A stretch of DNA of 64,000 nucleotides, taken from Heterodontus francisci. Lineage: Eukaryota. Positions 52,160 through 63,914 of this stretch are shown in pieces; position 1 is the first letter of the stretch, and each line of letters opens with the position of its first letter. The position numbers and the translations under genes are program-made. The notes under the pieces were generated by a model. The model ran no database searches. It had not been told where the DNA came from and worked only from the letters and a program-made list of their open reading frames with translations. The stretch covers positions 76,755,300 to 76,819,299 of the forward strand of contig NC_090387.1 of assembly GCF_036365525.1 (NCBI RefSeq). The letters are read 5' to 3'.

Positions 52160-53035
52160 AATGTTTTGCTAAATTTTGAATGTTTGTCTGGCATCCAATA
52201 CTAAATGAACAGAAATTTCCTCCAATCAAATATTGGGAATACCGAAGCCATTGTATTTGAAGCCTGCTATAATATCCATTTCCTAATCACTGATGCCCTC
52301 CCTTTCCCTGGAAACTGTCTGGGGCGAACTCAGACTGTTTGCAACCTTGGTGTTATATTTGTCTCCAAGAACAGCTTCTGACGAGATATCTGCACCATCA
52401 GCAAGGCTGCCTACTTCCATAACATATTCCATTTTCCCCCGGACTCAGTTCATTTGATGCTGAAAACCTCATCCATGCCTTTGTTACTTCTAGACTTGAC
52501 TGCTCCAATGCACTCCTGGCCAGCCTCACATGTTATACCCACTGTTAATATGTGGTCATCCAAAACTCTGCTGCCAGTGTCGTAACTTAGACCAAGACTC
52601 CTTCATCTGTTACCTTGTGCTTGCTGACCTACATTGGCGTCTGGCTAAGAGTGAATTAATTTTAAAATTCTCATCCTTGTTTTTAAAACCCTATATGGCC
52701 ACGCCCCTCCTTACCTCTCCTCCAGCCACACAACCCACAGAGATATCTGTGCTCTTAGAATTCTGGCCTATTGAGCACCCCCGATTTTAATTACTCCACC
52801 ATTGCTGGCCATGCCTTCAGCTGGCAAGGCCTGAGGCTCTGCAATTCCCTCCCTAAATCTTTCCATTTCTTTCCTCCTTTAAGACGTTCCTTGAAATATA
52901 ACTCATTGATGAAGGTTTTGTTCATCTGCTCTCCTATCTCCTTATGTGGCTCGGTGTCATATTTTACATTTCTAACGCTCCCATGAAGCACGTTGGAACG
53001 TTTTATTACGTCAAAGGCGCGATATATATAGAAGT
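52160..53035 (+). mobile_element. L2-clade LINE 3' fragment just upstream of gene 2
   Basis: NF..N..TE.I.F, V.NLGVIF, DAENLIHAFVTSRLDCSNALL motifs; L2-type tail. Confidence 0.75.
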
Positions 53036-53195
53036 TGCTGATGTTGTACATTCTCCATTTGAAATTTGGATATTATTTTTTCCTAATTCTTTGTTGGCCC
53101 TGATATTGATGATTCTAATTGTTGTCTAGGACCAGAACCGCCATCAAATTTCATTCCACAAACGAAGTCTATTTCGTGAATCCATAGACATAGGA

Positions 53196-53307
53196 TGTCA
53201 AACGTCATTATGACGCATTTCAGATTAAATTATCAGCAAACGCTTTTAACAGTGTGGCAAACAACACAGTCAATGCAGTCAGTAATCAGCTGAAATTTTT
53301 ACTCGGA
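53196..53307 (+). promoter_or_regulatory. Putative proximal promoter / 5' UTR of gene 2
   Basis: Aligns with the gene 1 upstream block; contains the near-palindrome cgtcattatgacg. Confidence 0.4.
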
Positions 53308-53368
53308 ATGTTGTCGCGTGTTGCATTTCCGTTCCTGTTCCTGTCTCTCCCGGGGATCATTTACCCAG
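53308..53368 (+). CDS. VJ-C1 IgSF receptor gene 2, exon 1 (signal peptide MLSRVAFPFLFLSLPGIIYP)
   Basis: ATG at 53308, hydrophobic leader, phase-1 donor CAG|gtacct. Confidence 0.8.
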
Positions 53369-53560
53369 GTACCTGTTTATTCTCAAACCAACCGTGTCTT
53401 TAAAAAAATACATACCTTACGTAGTTACCATGCTAGTTGAACTAAAGTTAGTTCGTCCGAATCTTCTTTCTCTTTTACACTTACATGTATAAACATGCTG
53501 TAAAGTGTATGATTCTGCATCGAATACAATTAACCAAACTTTAAATATATTTTCCAACAG

Positions 53561-53881
53561 CTGCTTCGGTCACTTTGATCAGCGTGTTTCAAACTCCCGA
53601 ACAAGTAATTACGTTAAGAGGGACAGACATCACCTTTTACTGCGTAATCCCCCTTTCTGATGACAATTCAGGGGTCGAAGTACGTTGGTGGAAAAAGGGC
53701 GAGAATGAATATATGCAAACAGGAGTCGATAACAGAAAACAATTTGGTTTCAAAAATAAAGGAGGAGGTTTTTTCGCGTTGCTAAACGCGACTTTCCAAG
53801 ACTCTGGAGTCTATCACTGCGTAGTAATCCGTCAGGGAAAAATTATAGGAAATGGAACAGGATCAAATCTAACTGTATGTG
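53561..53881 (+). CDS. VJ-C1 IgSF receptor gene 2, exon 2 (V-set domain with J-like G strand)
   Basis: Acceptor tttccaacag, donor G|gtaagt, 321 nt; ITFYC, WWKK, QDSGVYHC, NGTGSNLTV; 56/107 aa identical to gene 1 by hand count. Confidence 0.95.
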
Positions 53882-54810
53882 GTAAGTGACCGATGTGAAC
53901 GGGAACGTCCAAATATATCAAATGTAGCTGTTTTGTCATTGTTATATTGCACCCGCTTTGACATTGTAAAACGTATATTGATACGTTTATAGTGAAACTC
54001 TGTACACAACTGCTAATTATACGGCAAAATATTACCTGTCCTTTGCCGAGTTGCGTAAAACGCTATCAATATTAACAAGGTAACATGTTACAAATGCAAT
54101 ATACTGCGTATGCTAGAAATCTGAAATATATACAGAAATTGCTAAAAATGCGTAGCCGATTAGGTAGTATCTGTGCAAAGGGAAACAGAGTTACCGTTTC
54201 AGATTTATGACCTGCCATCAGTAAAATGTTACAGGATTCATCTCAAAATGTGCTTCTAACATCAGACTTCTGTTGATGGAAGCTGCGGAAAAATGTCCAG
54301 ATACGTGGATGACTGACTGAAATGTATTCCTACACGACACGGCTCTTGTTTGCACCGATGCTTTGAGTGTAAGTGAGGTGTCACACTCTAACAAAATTAA
54401 TTGTCACATTCTGACAGACTGGTTCGCGTGACGGATTTCATATCACATGACATTAACTTTTAATCAATGGAATTTTCCAACAATCTGTCCATGTACCAGA
54501 ATTTCTCCACGTCTTTTGCCTCCAATAAATATAACATTCCGCAGAGACTGTGCAGCTGAAGCCTTCTGAGGTCGAACCGCAGGCAATTCCCCTCAGCCAA
54601 TCTCATGCTCTGGCGATGTGAACTGTCCGATATCCACGACGGCCCTCATTTTATTATCGGTAATGGACAGATTATTCGTTTCTCTCGTGGGATGACAGAC
54701 AGACTTAGAATTAATAACAAACATGGATACACTCGAAAAGAGTATTGTTCTCCCAAATCTATGCCAACATCTCCTCGGTAACCTGATTTTCCCCATTTTC
54801 TGTTCCGCAG

Positions 54811-55122
54811 CTCCCCCAACCCCATTGAAGATTTTCTCCAAGACACCCCAGAACAATTCAGCTACGGCTCTGAATCTTGTTTGTGAATCGGCTGCGTTTT
54901 ATCCGGGCGATTTAACCCTCGTTTGGTATAAAAATGGCACCAAAGTCGCAACTGGGATAAATCCGAAAAAATGGCAGAACGCTGAGGGGCTTTATGAAGT
55001 TTCCAGTTCGTTGGAAGACATGCAGCCTGTGCCCAACGGGGCTGTATACATCTGTTTGGTATCTCATATTTCCCTCCAGGTTTCCGCCATTGTCATCCAC
55101 ACGGTTACCAATTCGGAGCCAG
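54811..55122 (+). CDS. VJ-C1 IgSF receptor gene 2, exon 3 (C1-set domain)
   Basis: Acceptor ttctgttccgcag, donor CAG|gtacga, 312 nt; LVC...FYP..LTLVWYKNG, YICLVSHISL; 57/104 aa identical to gene 1. Confidence 0.95.
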
Positions 55123-57325
55123 GTACGAGGCGAGCAGGCCATGTGTGTGGTCAGCAATATGTAAATTCCGAAAGGAATTATCTCAGCGTTTATTGATATT
55201 GCTTATCATATAGTTTCAAAATATCAAAACAAAGAGAAAATTGACGTTTGATTGTGAAAATACTGTTGACCTGAACCTGTTGTTAAACCGAAGTACTGTC
55301 ACCTTCCACTCTGCAACTGCTTCGTAAAGTTGAGGTTCCAAATTTATTTCTTCAATCCAGTTATTTTACATATCTTGCTTATTACTAAACGTTCAAATTT
55401 GTCCTTTTGTTGAACTGTTTTTATTCTTTCCCATTATCTGTTTTCCTCGCATGAGCGGCGGAACCAGGAGGGGATTTTTTTTTTTGGTTTGGCCTCTGTG
55501 GTACGACTCACTGCGAATGGGTCGAAAATTAGTCTTGTGGACAGGTCATAAGGCGACCCTTCCATGATACAAAGATTTGGAGCGGGAACCTGTTTCGTAC
55601 ATTTTCTTCGGAATTTGACCTAGATTTGTTTGCCCTACAACTGGTTGCAAAACGTCAGTTTATTTATAACTAGTTTTCTGTACTTGATAAATAAACGTCT
55701 GCTAGTTGCATTTCCTGTTAAATGACAGCCTTAGTTCAGTAAATACAGTTCACTGAATTGAGGAAACATTTAACCAAATAAATGCAATATGCCTGTTTCC
55801 TAAGGCAATGGCGAGTCACGTGCCACTGAACTGTCGCGTGATTGCATCAAACAATACTTTGAGAGCAAATGAAAAGCCAAGTACAAGAGTAATCCTTTCT
55901 GTTCATCGAAACTATCTCATCTGGAAATCTAATCTTCCCAAACCAATATTAAAAATACCCGAAACTGATACACTTCCTCGCAAAATATTCCAGCCGTGTG
56001 CATCCTTTGTGAGAAGAATTGCCATTTGATAGCAGATCTCGAAAGATAAATTAAGATCAATTTCAAATAACCCTCTCCCTCGGCTGTACTGTCTAGTTGT
56101 TGTAAATATGAGCAATAGTTTAAACAACAAATTATCTCGAGATCTCTTTTTAGGCAATGACCTTCTGAATGAAGACATTGCTCCTTATTTCAGTCCTAAA
56201 TGGCCGGTCCCTTATCCTGAGACCACAGCTAGACTGTCCAGCGAGGAGGAAACAGTCTGTCAGTAGTTACCCTGCCAAGCCCTCTAAGAATTTTAGATAT
56301 TACAGTGAAATCACCTCGCATTCTTCTAAGCTACAGAGAATAATGGGCTTATTCAATTTAGTGCCCCCCCCCCCCATAAGCTAACTCTCTAGTGAAGTTT
56401 CATTGGACCCCCTCGAAGGTAGGTTCATGCTTCCTTAGGTAAAGAGACCAAAACTGTACATCGTACTCCAAGTGTGTCTCACCAAAGCCTTATGCAATTG
56501 CATGAAACTTTCCTTCATCTTGTACTCCAAACTCCTGCAAGTATAAACGACAATTTATATTTTCTATCTGTTTATTACTCAACTGCTTATTACTAATATT
56601 TTTTTTAGTTTCTTTTGTTTCCATGTTTTTTTTTACCGATGCCTGCTCTCCTTGCATCCAATTTGTTACTAGCAGCTGCAATCATGTTGTTTGCATCTGG
56701 GCTTCTCCCAAAGCAGTTCCAGATCCTGACCCTACTGTTCGGCGATACATAGTGAAGAGTTCTGAAAGCAACCCTTTGGCCAACTTGTACTCCTCATCCC
56801 ATGACACAACGAGTTGGAGCAGGATTGGTCCCTTGTTGCATTTAAACTGTGATCACAGCCTGGCTGCAGTACTACCGGTTACCTCGTATTAATAACACCT
56901 GTTTGTCTCGCCGGATAATAAATAAAAATAGAAAATGCTGGAAGCACTCAGCAGGTCACAGACCTGCAACCTTAATCCATTTCTCTCTCCACAAATATTG
57001 CCAGGCCTGCTGGGTGTTTCCAGCATTTTCTATTTTTATTTCAGATTCGCAGCATCAGCAGTATTTTGCTTTTGTAATAAGTAATGAACCACGGCACATC
57101 GATCTGCTTTACCATTTTAGTACGTTCTTATTTCAGTAGGTGCTGTGTAGAAGCGTGATTTGGGGTTATACCGATTTCTGTAATTCGGCATTTTATGCAG
57201 GTAACAGCCAAACAATTATTACTGAATTTCCTGCGATGTTATCAAACTATTCATGACAGAACACAATAAAAATCAAGGATAAGATCAGACCATTTGGTCC
57301 AGGGAAACCTATCCCTGTAGCATTC

Positions 57326-57472
57326 CCTGTAGGGTTCCGAAGAAGGGTCACTGACCCGAAACGTTAACTCTGCTTCTCTTTCCACAGATGCTGCCAGACC
57401 TGCTGAGTGAATCCAGCATTTCTTGTTTTTGTTTCAGATTTCCAGCATCCGCAGTATTTTGCTTTTATTATA
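57326..57472 (+). mobile_element. Penelope-derived insert with hammerhead-like motif and 12-bp target-site duplication
   Basis: cctgtagcattc at 57314-57325 and 57473-57484; empty site in gene 1 at ~21527-21538. Confidence 0.8.
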
Positions 57473-57740
57473 CCTGTAGCATTCTACTTCCGCTGCACCA
57501 GTGCTCGAACGCCTGAATTTCGGTACTCTGCTTCGCAGATTATTCGACAAACATCTCATCCATGCGATAAAGAAGTTCGTTCTAATATGTTATGTAAAAA
57601 CAAAACAAATTCAATCTTCATTTTTTTAATTGTGTGTAATTACTGAAAACACCATTAGTTTAACCACCAAGCTCTTCTTATGCCTCTTTTAACAAAACAG
57701 AATGTACAAGTTAATATATTTGCTCCTATTAATTTTGCAG

Positions 57741-57854
57741 TTTGTGTCGGCATGTCCCTTTACGACCTAGGCTTTAGGTATGCGATGGGTATATTCGTGT
57801 TTCTACTGCTCTTGATCATCATTGGGACTCATTGCCAGTTACAGATTAATAAAG
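57741..57854 (+). CDS. VJ-C1 IgSF receptor gene 2, exon 4 (connecting peptide + TM: VCVGMSLYDLGFRYAMGIFVFLLLLIIIGTHCQLQINK)
   Basis: Acceptor attaattttgcag, donor AAG|gtaggg, 114 nt, phase 1-1. Confidence 0.9.
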
Positions 57855-58389
57855 GTAGGGTCTAATGTAAGGATTTGATTTAAATACAAAACTTCAGATG
57901 GCGGACGGGAACGGGGAATCAGAGACGACCAGTAACACAGAGGAAAAAATTATACTGAAAGCAATGTTTTCTGTTTTCTTGGACAAGTGATTGCTCCAAA
58001 CATTAATACATTCTTCACTTCAAAACGTAGTAATACTCATAGAATCAAACTAAAAATGGATCTGATTATCCGTATATCTGCAACTGAAATTTTCACTTTG
58101 CAGCAGGTGCTGAATTAAATGTGCCCTTACCCACAATCACTTTCCAAACCAGCCCGCTGTGAGTCCACAATTAGTTTGCATGAAGCAGTGTGGAGGATCA
58201 GGCGCGAAATGGCTGCAGATCATTGCTGCTCGCTACAGGCGCTGGGATTTCAAACGCTATAGGCAAATTCTGAAATTGAAAATCATATTCTATTTTGTAC
58301 CGTCTCTAGAAATGTCTTTGAAACAACTGATATTGAAACAGAGTAAATATTTTAATCATTCGTTATGACTCCCCTTCATTAATGTACAG

Positions 58390-58442
58390 GTAAAAACGTG
58401 TACAAAGGGACCGCAATGCCATACATCTCCGCAAAGGGTTGA
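58390..58442 (+). CDS. VJ-C1 IgSF receptor gene 2, exon 5 (tail GKNVYKGTAMPYISAKG*); predicted protein 286 aa
   Basis: Acceptor cttcattaatgtacag; TGA at 58440-58442 is homologous to the gene 1 stop. Confidence 0.7.
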
Positions 58443-60475
58443 AACATGAAGAAAGATAATGGAGAGATTTTATCATAATCATGCCAGAGCAATTTATCTA
58501 TTTGAAAGAAGTATTTGTCCTACGTAATGGGTCATTCAAATCGTGTTTAGAGAAATATTTAACACCACGAACTTTGGGATGAAATTAGTTTTCCGAAAAC
58601 AAAACCGGGCGCGGTATTAAACGGGTTGCTAATTCGCTGTGGTCTGTTTCCCGCTACCCGCCGCACCCGGCGCGTTGCTGCTTTTAATGGTTAAAGAACA
58701 GAAAAGAAAACGATTCGTTTTGTTGAAAGTATGCTTAGGTAATAAATTTTTTAACTTTATTTGCATTTGTGAATAAACAGCTAAAGAATTCGTGTTCCAG
58801 AACTGTTGCAAATTGAAAGATTTCTTTAACTGTGCTGTAGCGAGAATATCGACAAGTTTAACCATTGGCTACAGTGACCTCAGTAATTATCGGCCTTCAT
58901 ATTTGCACTTACTTAAATATATTAATTACGGTTTCTGTTCTTTATCTATAGCCATTCCGATCAATGTTTCTCTAGTGGTCTGTAAACTGATGAAGGCAAT
59001 GATATAGACACAAAACAAAATATTTTTTTTCAGGCCCATGTAGGAAGCAGAGGTTGAAATCGCTAATATGTTCCTGTACATTTGAGCAAGGCGATGTAAA
59101 CTCCAAGATTTGAACAGGACAGTCCCGTGCACCCTCAACCGAGCCTGAGAAGTGGACTAGATAAACAAAGATCGCCACAGCAGCTCTAATATTCGTGTGA
59201 TAACGGAACTATAAGGTTGGCTGTCTCTAGTAGTAAGATTGTTCCTCAAGTTGTTTACGTTTATTCTGATGAATACTTTGTGCCGAAGCCAACAAACTGG
59301 CAAAACTACCAATCAACAATCCTTCTAAACATAGGTTTGCGTAACATACAGGGGACCTACGCGACTCTAGAATTGTCAAGCTAAAACTCCCCGAGTAAAA
59401 CAAAAATCTAAAATGAAAACAGAGTAACTTAGTTCAGTACTTTGTCAGAATGTAGAATGTAATTGTTTGTTATTACTTAAATATTTAAGGAATTTTCATT
59501 TAATTACTTGTAATAAAGTGAATCTTCCTTTGCATTTTGACTAATCTGTAACATTTAATGGATCGCAATTATCTGCAATTATACGCTACTTTTTTGTAGT
59601 TATCATCATGCATAATTTCAATAAAAATAGATATTATTAGATCTCTTTCTTATCAATCGACAATTCATGATTTGTTGCTAGTAAAACTGCAAAGCCTGAG
59701 TTTTGATTTGTGTGTTGCGTTACTTTGCTGCGATTGAACAATATTTTGTGGCGGAGAACGTCCTAATCTCATATTCTAACCAGTTTATGTGCAGGAGTAT
59801 TTTACCTCCCCTTTTAATTTATGCGATTATGTTGAAGTTGTGCTCACGCGTCATCATCTACATGGTAATGGAAATATTCCGTCACCATTTGGTTATCGTA
59901 ACGTCTCATAGGCTTGAAAACGTCTATGAAGTCACTCATCAATCTTTCCAACTTCAGTGAAAAAAAGTCCACGCTTCCCAAATAATAACCTTCATTCTTG
60001 AATATTTAGGTCTTACATGAGTTGAGCATTACCTTCATGTTACAGAATGCGATGCTGGCAAACTCTAAACTAAGACCCTTCCTCTGCACTTTTATTGAAT
60101 CATAAATTTATGTGACCATTCATTGAGGTCTCTCTGCTCCACTGCAATATTAAAAATCCTACTATTCAAGATGCATTTTCTGTTCGTATTTGTACCTCCA
60201 AAAATGCGCTATTTTTTTTATCTTGCTCTGCATTCTGCATCAAGCATCTATCTGCACTTCGAACTATCAATGTGGTCTGCAGCATTTCACGACCTGCATT
60301 ATAATCGTCTTCGAACTCCTCATTAGGTGCCATCTGAAATTCTCATGTTGATGTCTCAATTTGCCAGAGAAGAGCATTGATCTTTATCGAAAATAAAAGT
60401 AGCCAAACACGGAATCCGTGAGACATCACTCGGCACATCTTGCCACTTTGTGAAACGCCTTTCTAGAGTCATAGA

Positions 60476-60659
60476 GAGAGATACAGCGCTGAAACAGGCC
60501 CTTCGGCCCACCGCGTCTGTGCCGACCAGCTACCACCTATTTATACTAATCCTGCATTAATCCCATATTCCCTACATCCCCACCATTCTCCTACAACCTA
60601 CCTACACTAAGGGCAATTTACAATGGCCAATTTACCTATCAACCTGCAAGTCTTTGGCC
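60476..60659 (-). mobile_element. 5'-truncated V-SINE
   Basis: Tail half of the SINE only; absent at the paralogous site ~25510. Confidence 0.8.
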
Positions 60660-60744
60660 ATTGTTTCTATGCTTAAACTTTGTTTTATCTCTTCTAACCA
60701 TCTCCCTATCCAACTGGCCACGTTTCCTGTACTTCCACGTGCCC

Positions 60745-62465
60745 TGTAAAACCTTCTTTAGGTATTTGAAAAGGAAAAGATTAGCAAGGACAAATGGGGA
60801 CCAGTTAAAGGCGGAGACAGGAGAATTTATAACGAAGAATAGGGAAATGGCGGAGAAACTAAACAATTACTTTCTGTTTGTCTTCACGGAGGAAGATACA
60901 GAACATCTCCCAGAAATATTAGGGAACAGAGGGAATTGTGAAAATGAAGAACTGAAATAAATTAGTACTACTCAAAAAATTAACTGGATTGAACGTTCAT
61001 AAATCGCCTGGATCAGATAAGCTCCATCCCAGGGTGCTGAAGGAGGTGGCTATAGAGGCAGTAGATGCATTGGTGGTTATCTTTCAAAATTCTATAGATT
61101 CTGGAAAGGTTCCTGTAGACTGGAAAGTTACAAATGTAACCCTACTGTTTAAGAAAGGAGGGAGAGAGAAAATGGAAAACTACAGACCTGTTAATTTGAT
61201 GTCAGTAGTACGGAAAATGTTATTATCTATTATAAAGGATGTGATAACTAGATACTTAGAAGATTCTGAAATGATTGGGCAGAGTCAGCATGGATTTGCG
61301 AAAGGGAAATCATGTTTGGCAGACCTGTTAGAGTTTTTCTGAGGATGTTACTTGTCGCATAGCTACAGGAGAACCAGGGGATGTGGTGCGTTTGGATTTT
61401 CAAAAGGCCCACACAGAAGGTTAGTAAACAACAATAGAACACATGGGATTGGGGATAATACAGTGGTATGGATTGAAAATTGGTTAACAGACAGAAAACA
61501 GAGACTAGGAATAAATAGGTCATTCTCAGGATGGCAGGCGGTTACTGGTGGGGTACTGCAAGGATCAGTGCTGGGGCCACAGCTGGTCACAATCTATATA
61601 AATGATTTCGCTGTGGGGACAATGTACTATTTCCAAATTTGCTGATGACACAAAACTCGCTGGACTGTATGTTGTGAGGAGGATGCAAGGAGCCTCAAGG
61701 GGACTTCGACAGGCTAACTGAATAGGCAAGAACATGGCAGATGGAATACAATGCCAATAAATGTGAAATTATCCACTTCAGTAGGAGAAACAAAACTTTT
61801 GAGTATTCCTTAAATGGTGAGAGGTTGGGAAATGTTGATGTCCAAAGGACCCTGTGCGTCAACAAGCAATTAGGAAGGCAGATGTTATGTTGGGCCTTCA
61901 TAACAAGGGGTGTTGAGTACAGGAGTGAAGCAGTCTTGCTGCAATTGTATAGAGCTTTGGTGAGACCGCATCTGGAATATTGTGCACATTTTCGGTCTCC
62001 TCATCTAAGTAAGGATATAATTGCTGCAGAGAGAGTGCAAGGGAGGTTCACCAGACTAATCTCTGGGATGGCGAAAATGTCTTATGAGGTGATCTCATTG
62101 AAACTTACAAAATGCTTACAGGGTGTGACAGGTTGGTTGTAGATAGAAGGTTTCCCCTGGCTGGTGAGTTTAGAACCAGGGGACATAGTCTCAGAATAAG
62201 GGGTACCCCATTTCAAACTGAGATGTGGAGATATTTCTTCATTCAGAGGGTGGTGAATCCTTGGAATTCTCTACCTAGCGGACTGTAGAAGCTCAATCAT
62301 TGAACATATTCAAGACAGAAGTCGATAGATATCTGAATACTAATGATATCAAAGGATAGCATCAGAAAATGGCATTGTGGTAGATGATGAGACATGATCT
62401 AATTGAATGGCCGAAGCCGTTTCGACGGGCTGAATGGCCTACTCCTGTTCTTTTGTTCCTATGTG
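60745..62465 (+). mobile_element. 5'-truncated decayed CR1 in the gene 2 3' flank
   Basis: RT ORFs 60989-61342, 61352-61645, 61741-62142; flanked by gtgcc; empty site at ~25590. Confidence 0.9.
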
Positions 62466-63329
62466 CCTTTATCGTTTGTTGTACCAGATCAAATGCATTT
62501 GGAGAATCCACATAAACTGTACATGCTGCATTCCTATATTTTTATTTGCACACCTATTCCCTCTGTTATTTCGTTGATGAATTCTGTAAGTCAAGCACGA
62601 TCAGCCTTTTTAGAAATTTGGGCTGACGGTGCTTGATTAACTCATGTTTCTGAAAGAGATATGTATTTTAATACCGAATGACAAGGCCGGTGTGATGTAA
62701 GTAAATGCACAACTGTTCTCCTATCATTATGTTACAATCTACATGACATTCTATTTTCTCATCTACTAATTCATTGGCTTCGAGATGAAGTTCAAGTCAA
62801 TGTAATGCAGATTATTTTGATAATTAGCTAATCAAACGTACCACAGCAGCAGAAAAAAAGAACATTTAGGCTTTCTATTGATGCTGGGTTTGGATAAAAT
62901 GTGAGGTATCAACAGAGGTGTTGACCGGCCAGCTTTTAGCTATACGAGATGGTTTTGCTAAATATTGACACGAGCCTGTGGCTTTCTTGAGCTAAGTAAA
63001 CAACAGGGCCCAGTTGCTCAGTACGAAGCACTAACTGTTCAAAGTTTAAATTTAGCTCTGTTAATTGCAACATCTTTGAAACACATTGCGTGTTAAATGA
63101 TGGTAGTTATGAAGCACCATATTTGAATGTAATTGTAATAATATAATATTCAGACTTAACAGCGATTGGATTTAATTTTGGCCTGTATAACATCACAACA
63201 TCAGCAATGAAACAGCTTGCAATATTTAATCTATCGGTTTTAAGGCGCCTGTATGTGTTCCATTGTTTCTATTTTCATATAGTACATTAAGCACATCAAG
63301 GAATATGGGGAATTAAGCAAAGAAAAATA

Positions 63330-63910
63330 GCTGCTCGCACCAGGTGCACTGTGAGAGAAGCGCCCCAGCTGTGAGAGGCAGCAACTCCTCCTCCCTTGTA
63401 AGACATATTTATGCATCCCTGCTGATGTGAGAGGGTAGACGACCTGACGATGACTCCAGGAGCCTCTTCCTCTGCTCATCTTGCCACTGCTGCTTTGAGC
63501 TCATCGTCAAGACGAATCTCCTGCAGACACTGAGTACTCTGCTGGATGTAACTGTCCATGAGAACCATCAATCTCTCAATGCAGGACCACATATGCACTA
63601 GTCAGAGTCATTGCAGCACTCAGCCTGGATGGACTCCTCCATTATCTGCACATGGGCGTGCATAGCCTCTAGCATCTGTGCGAAATGTTGCCTGGCCCCT
63701 TGTTGCAGCTGCCACATTTACCATGCTGCTGGTGTCACCAGAGGCAAGTAATAAGCCTGGGGCTCAGCATGGGCCTGGCCTCCCACAATCATCTGACTGT
63801 TAGTGGTCTGGGCTGTCACTGCCTCCATCAGATGCTCAGTATGTCTGTGATAGCACACCAAGTTGATTGGCTGAAGTTAACTGTGAGATCATGCCCATCA
63901 ATGTGAGCGT
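63330..63910 (-). mobile_element. Second fragment of the Harbinger-family element (accessory gene region)
   Basis: Reverse complement of ~30110-30700 (tcccacaatcatctgactg...cctccatcag matches ctgatggagg...cagtcagatgattgtggga). Confidence 0.7.
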
Positions 63911-63914
63911 GTAT

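Larger units (their letters stand above)
56160..63300 (+). repeat. Segmental duplication of ~19390-26760 (distal intron 3, exons 4-5, 3' flank)
   Basis: Long collinear matches, e.g. 22060-22370 with 58040-58360 and 26440-26740 with 62980-63280, differing by element insertions and indels. Confidence 0.9.
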
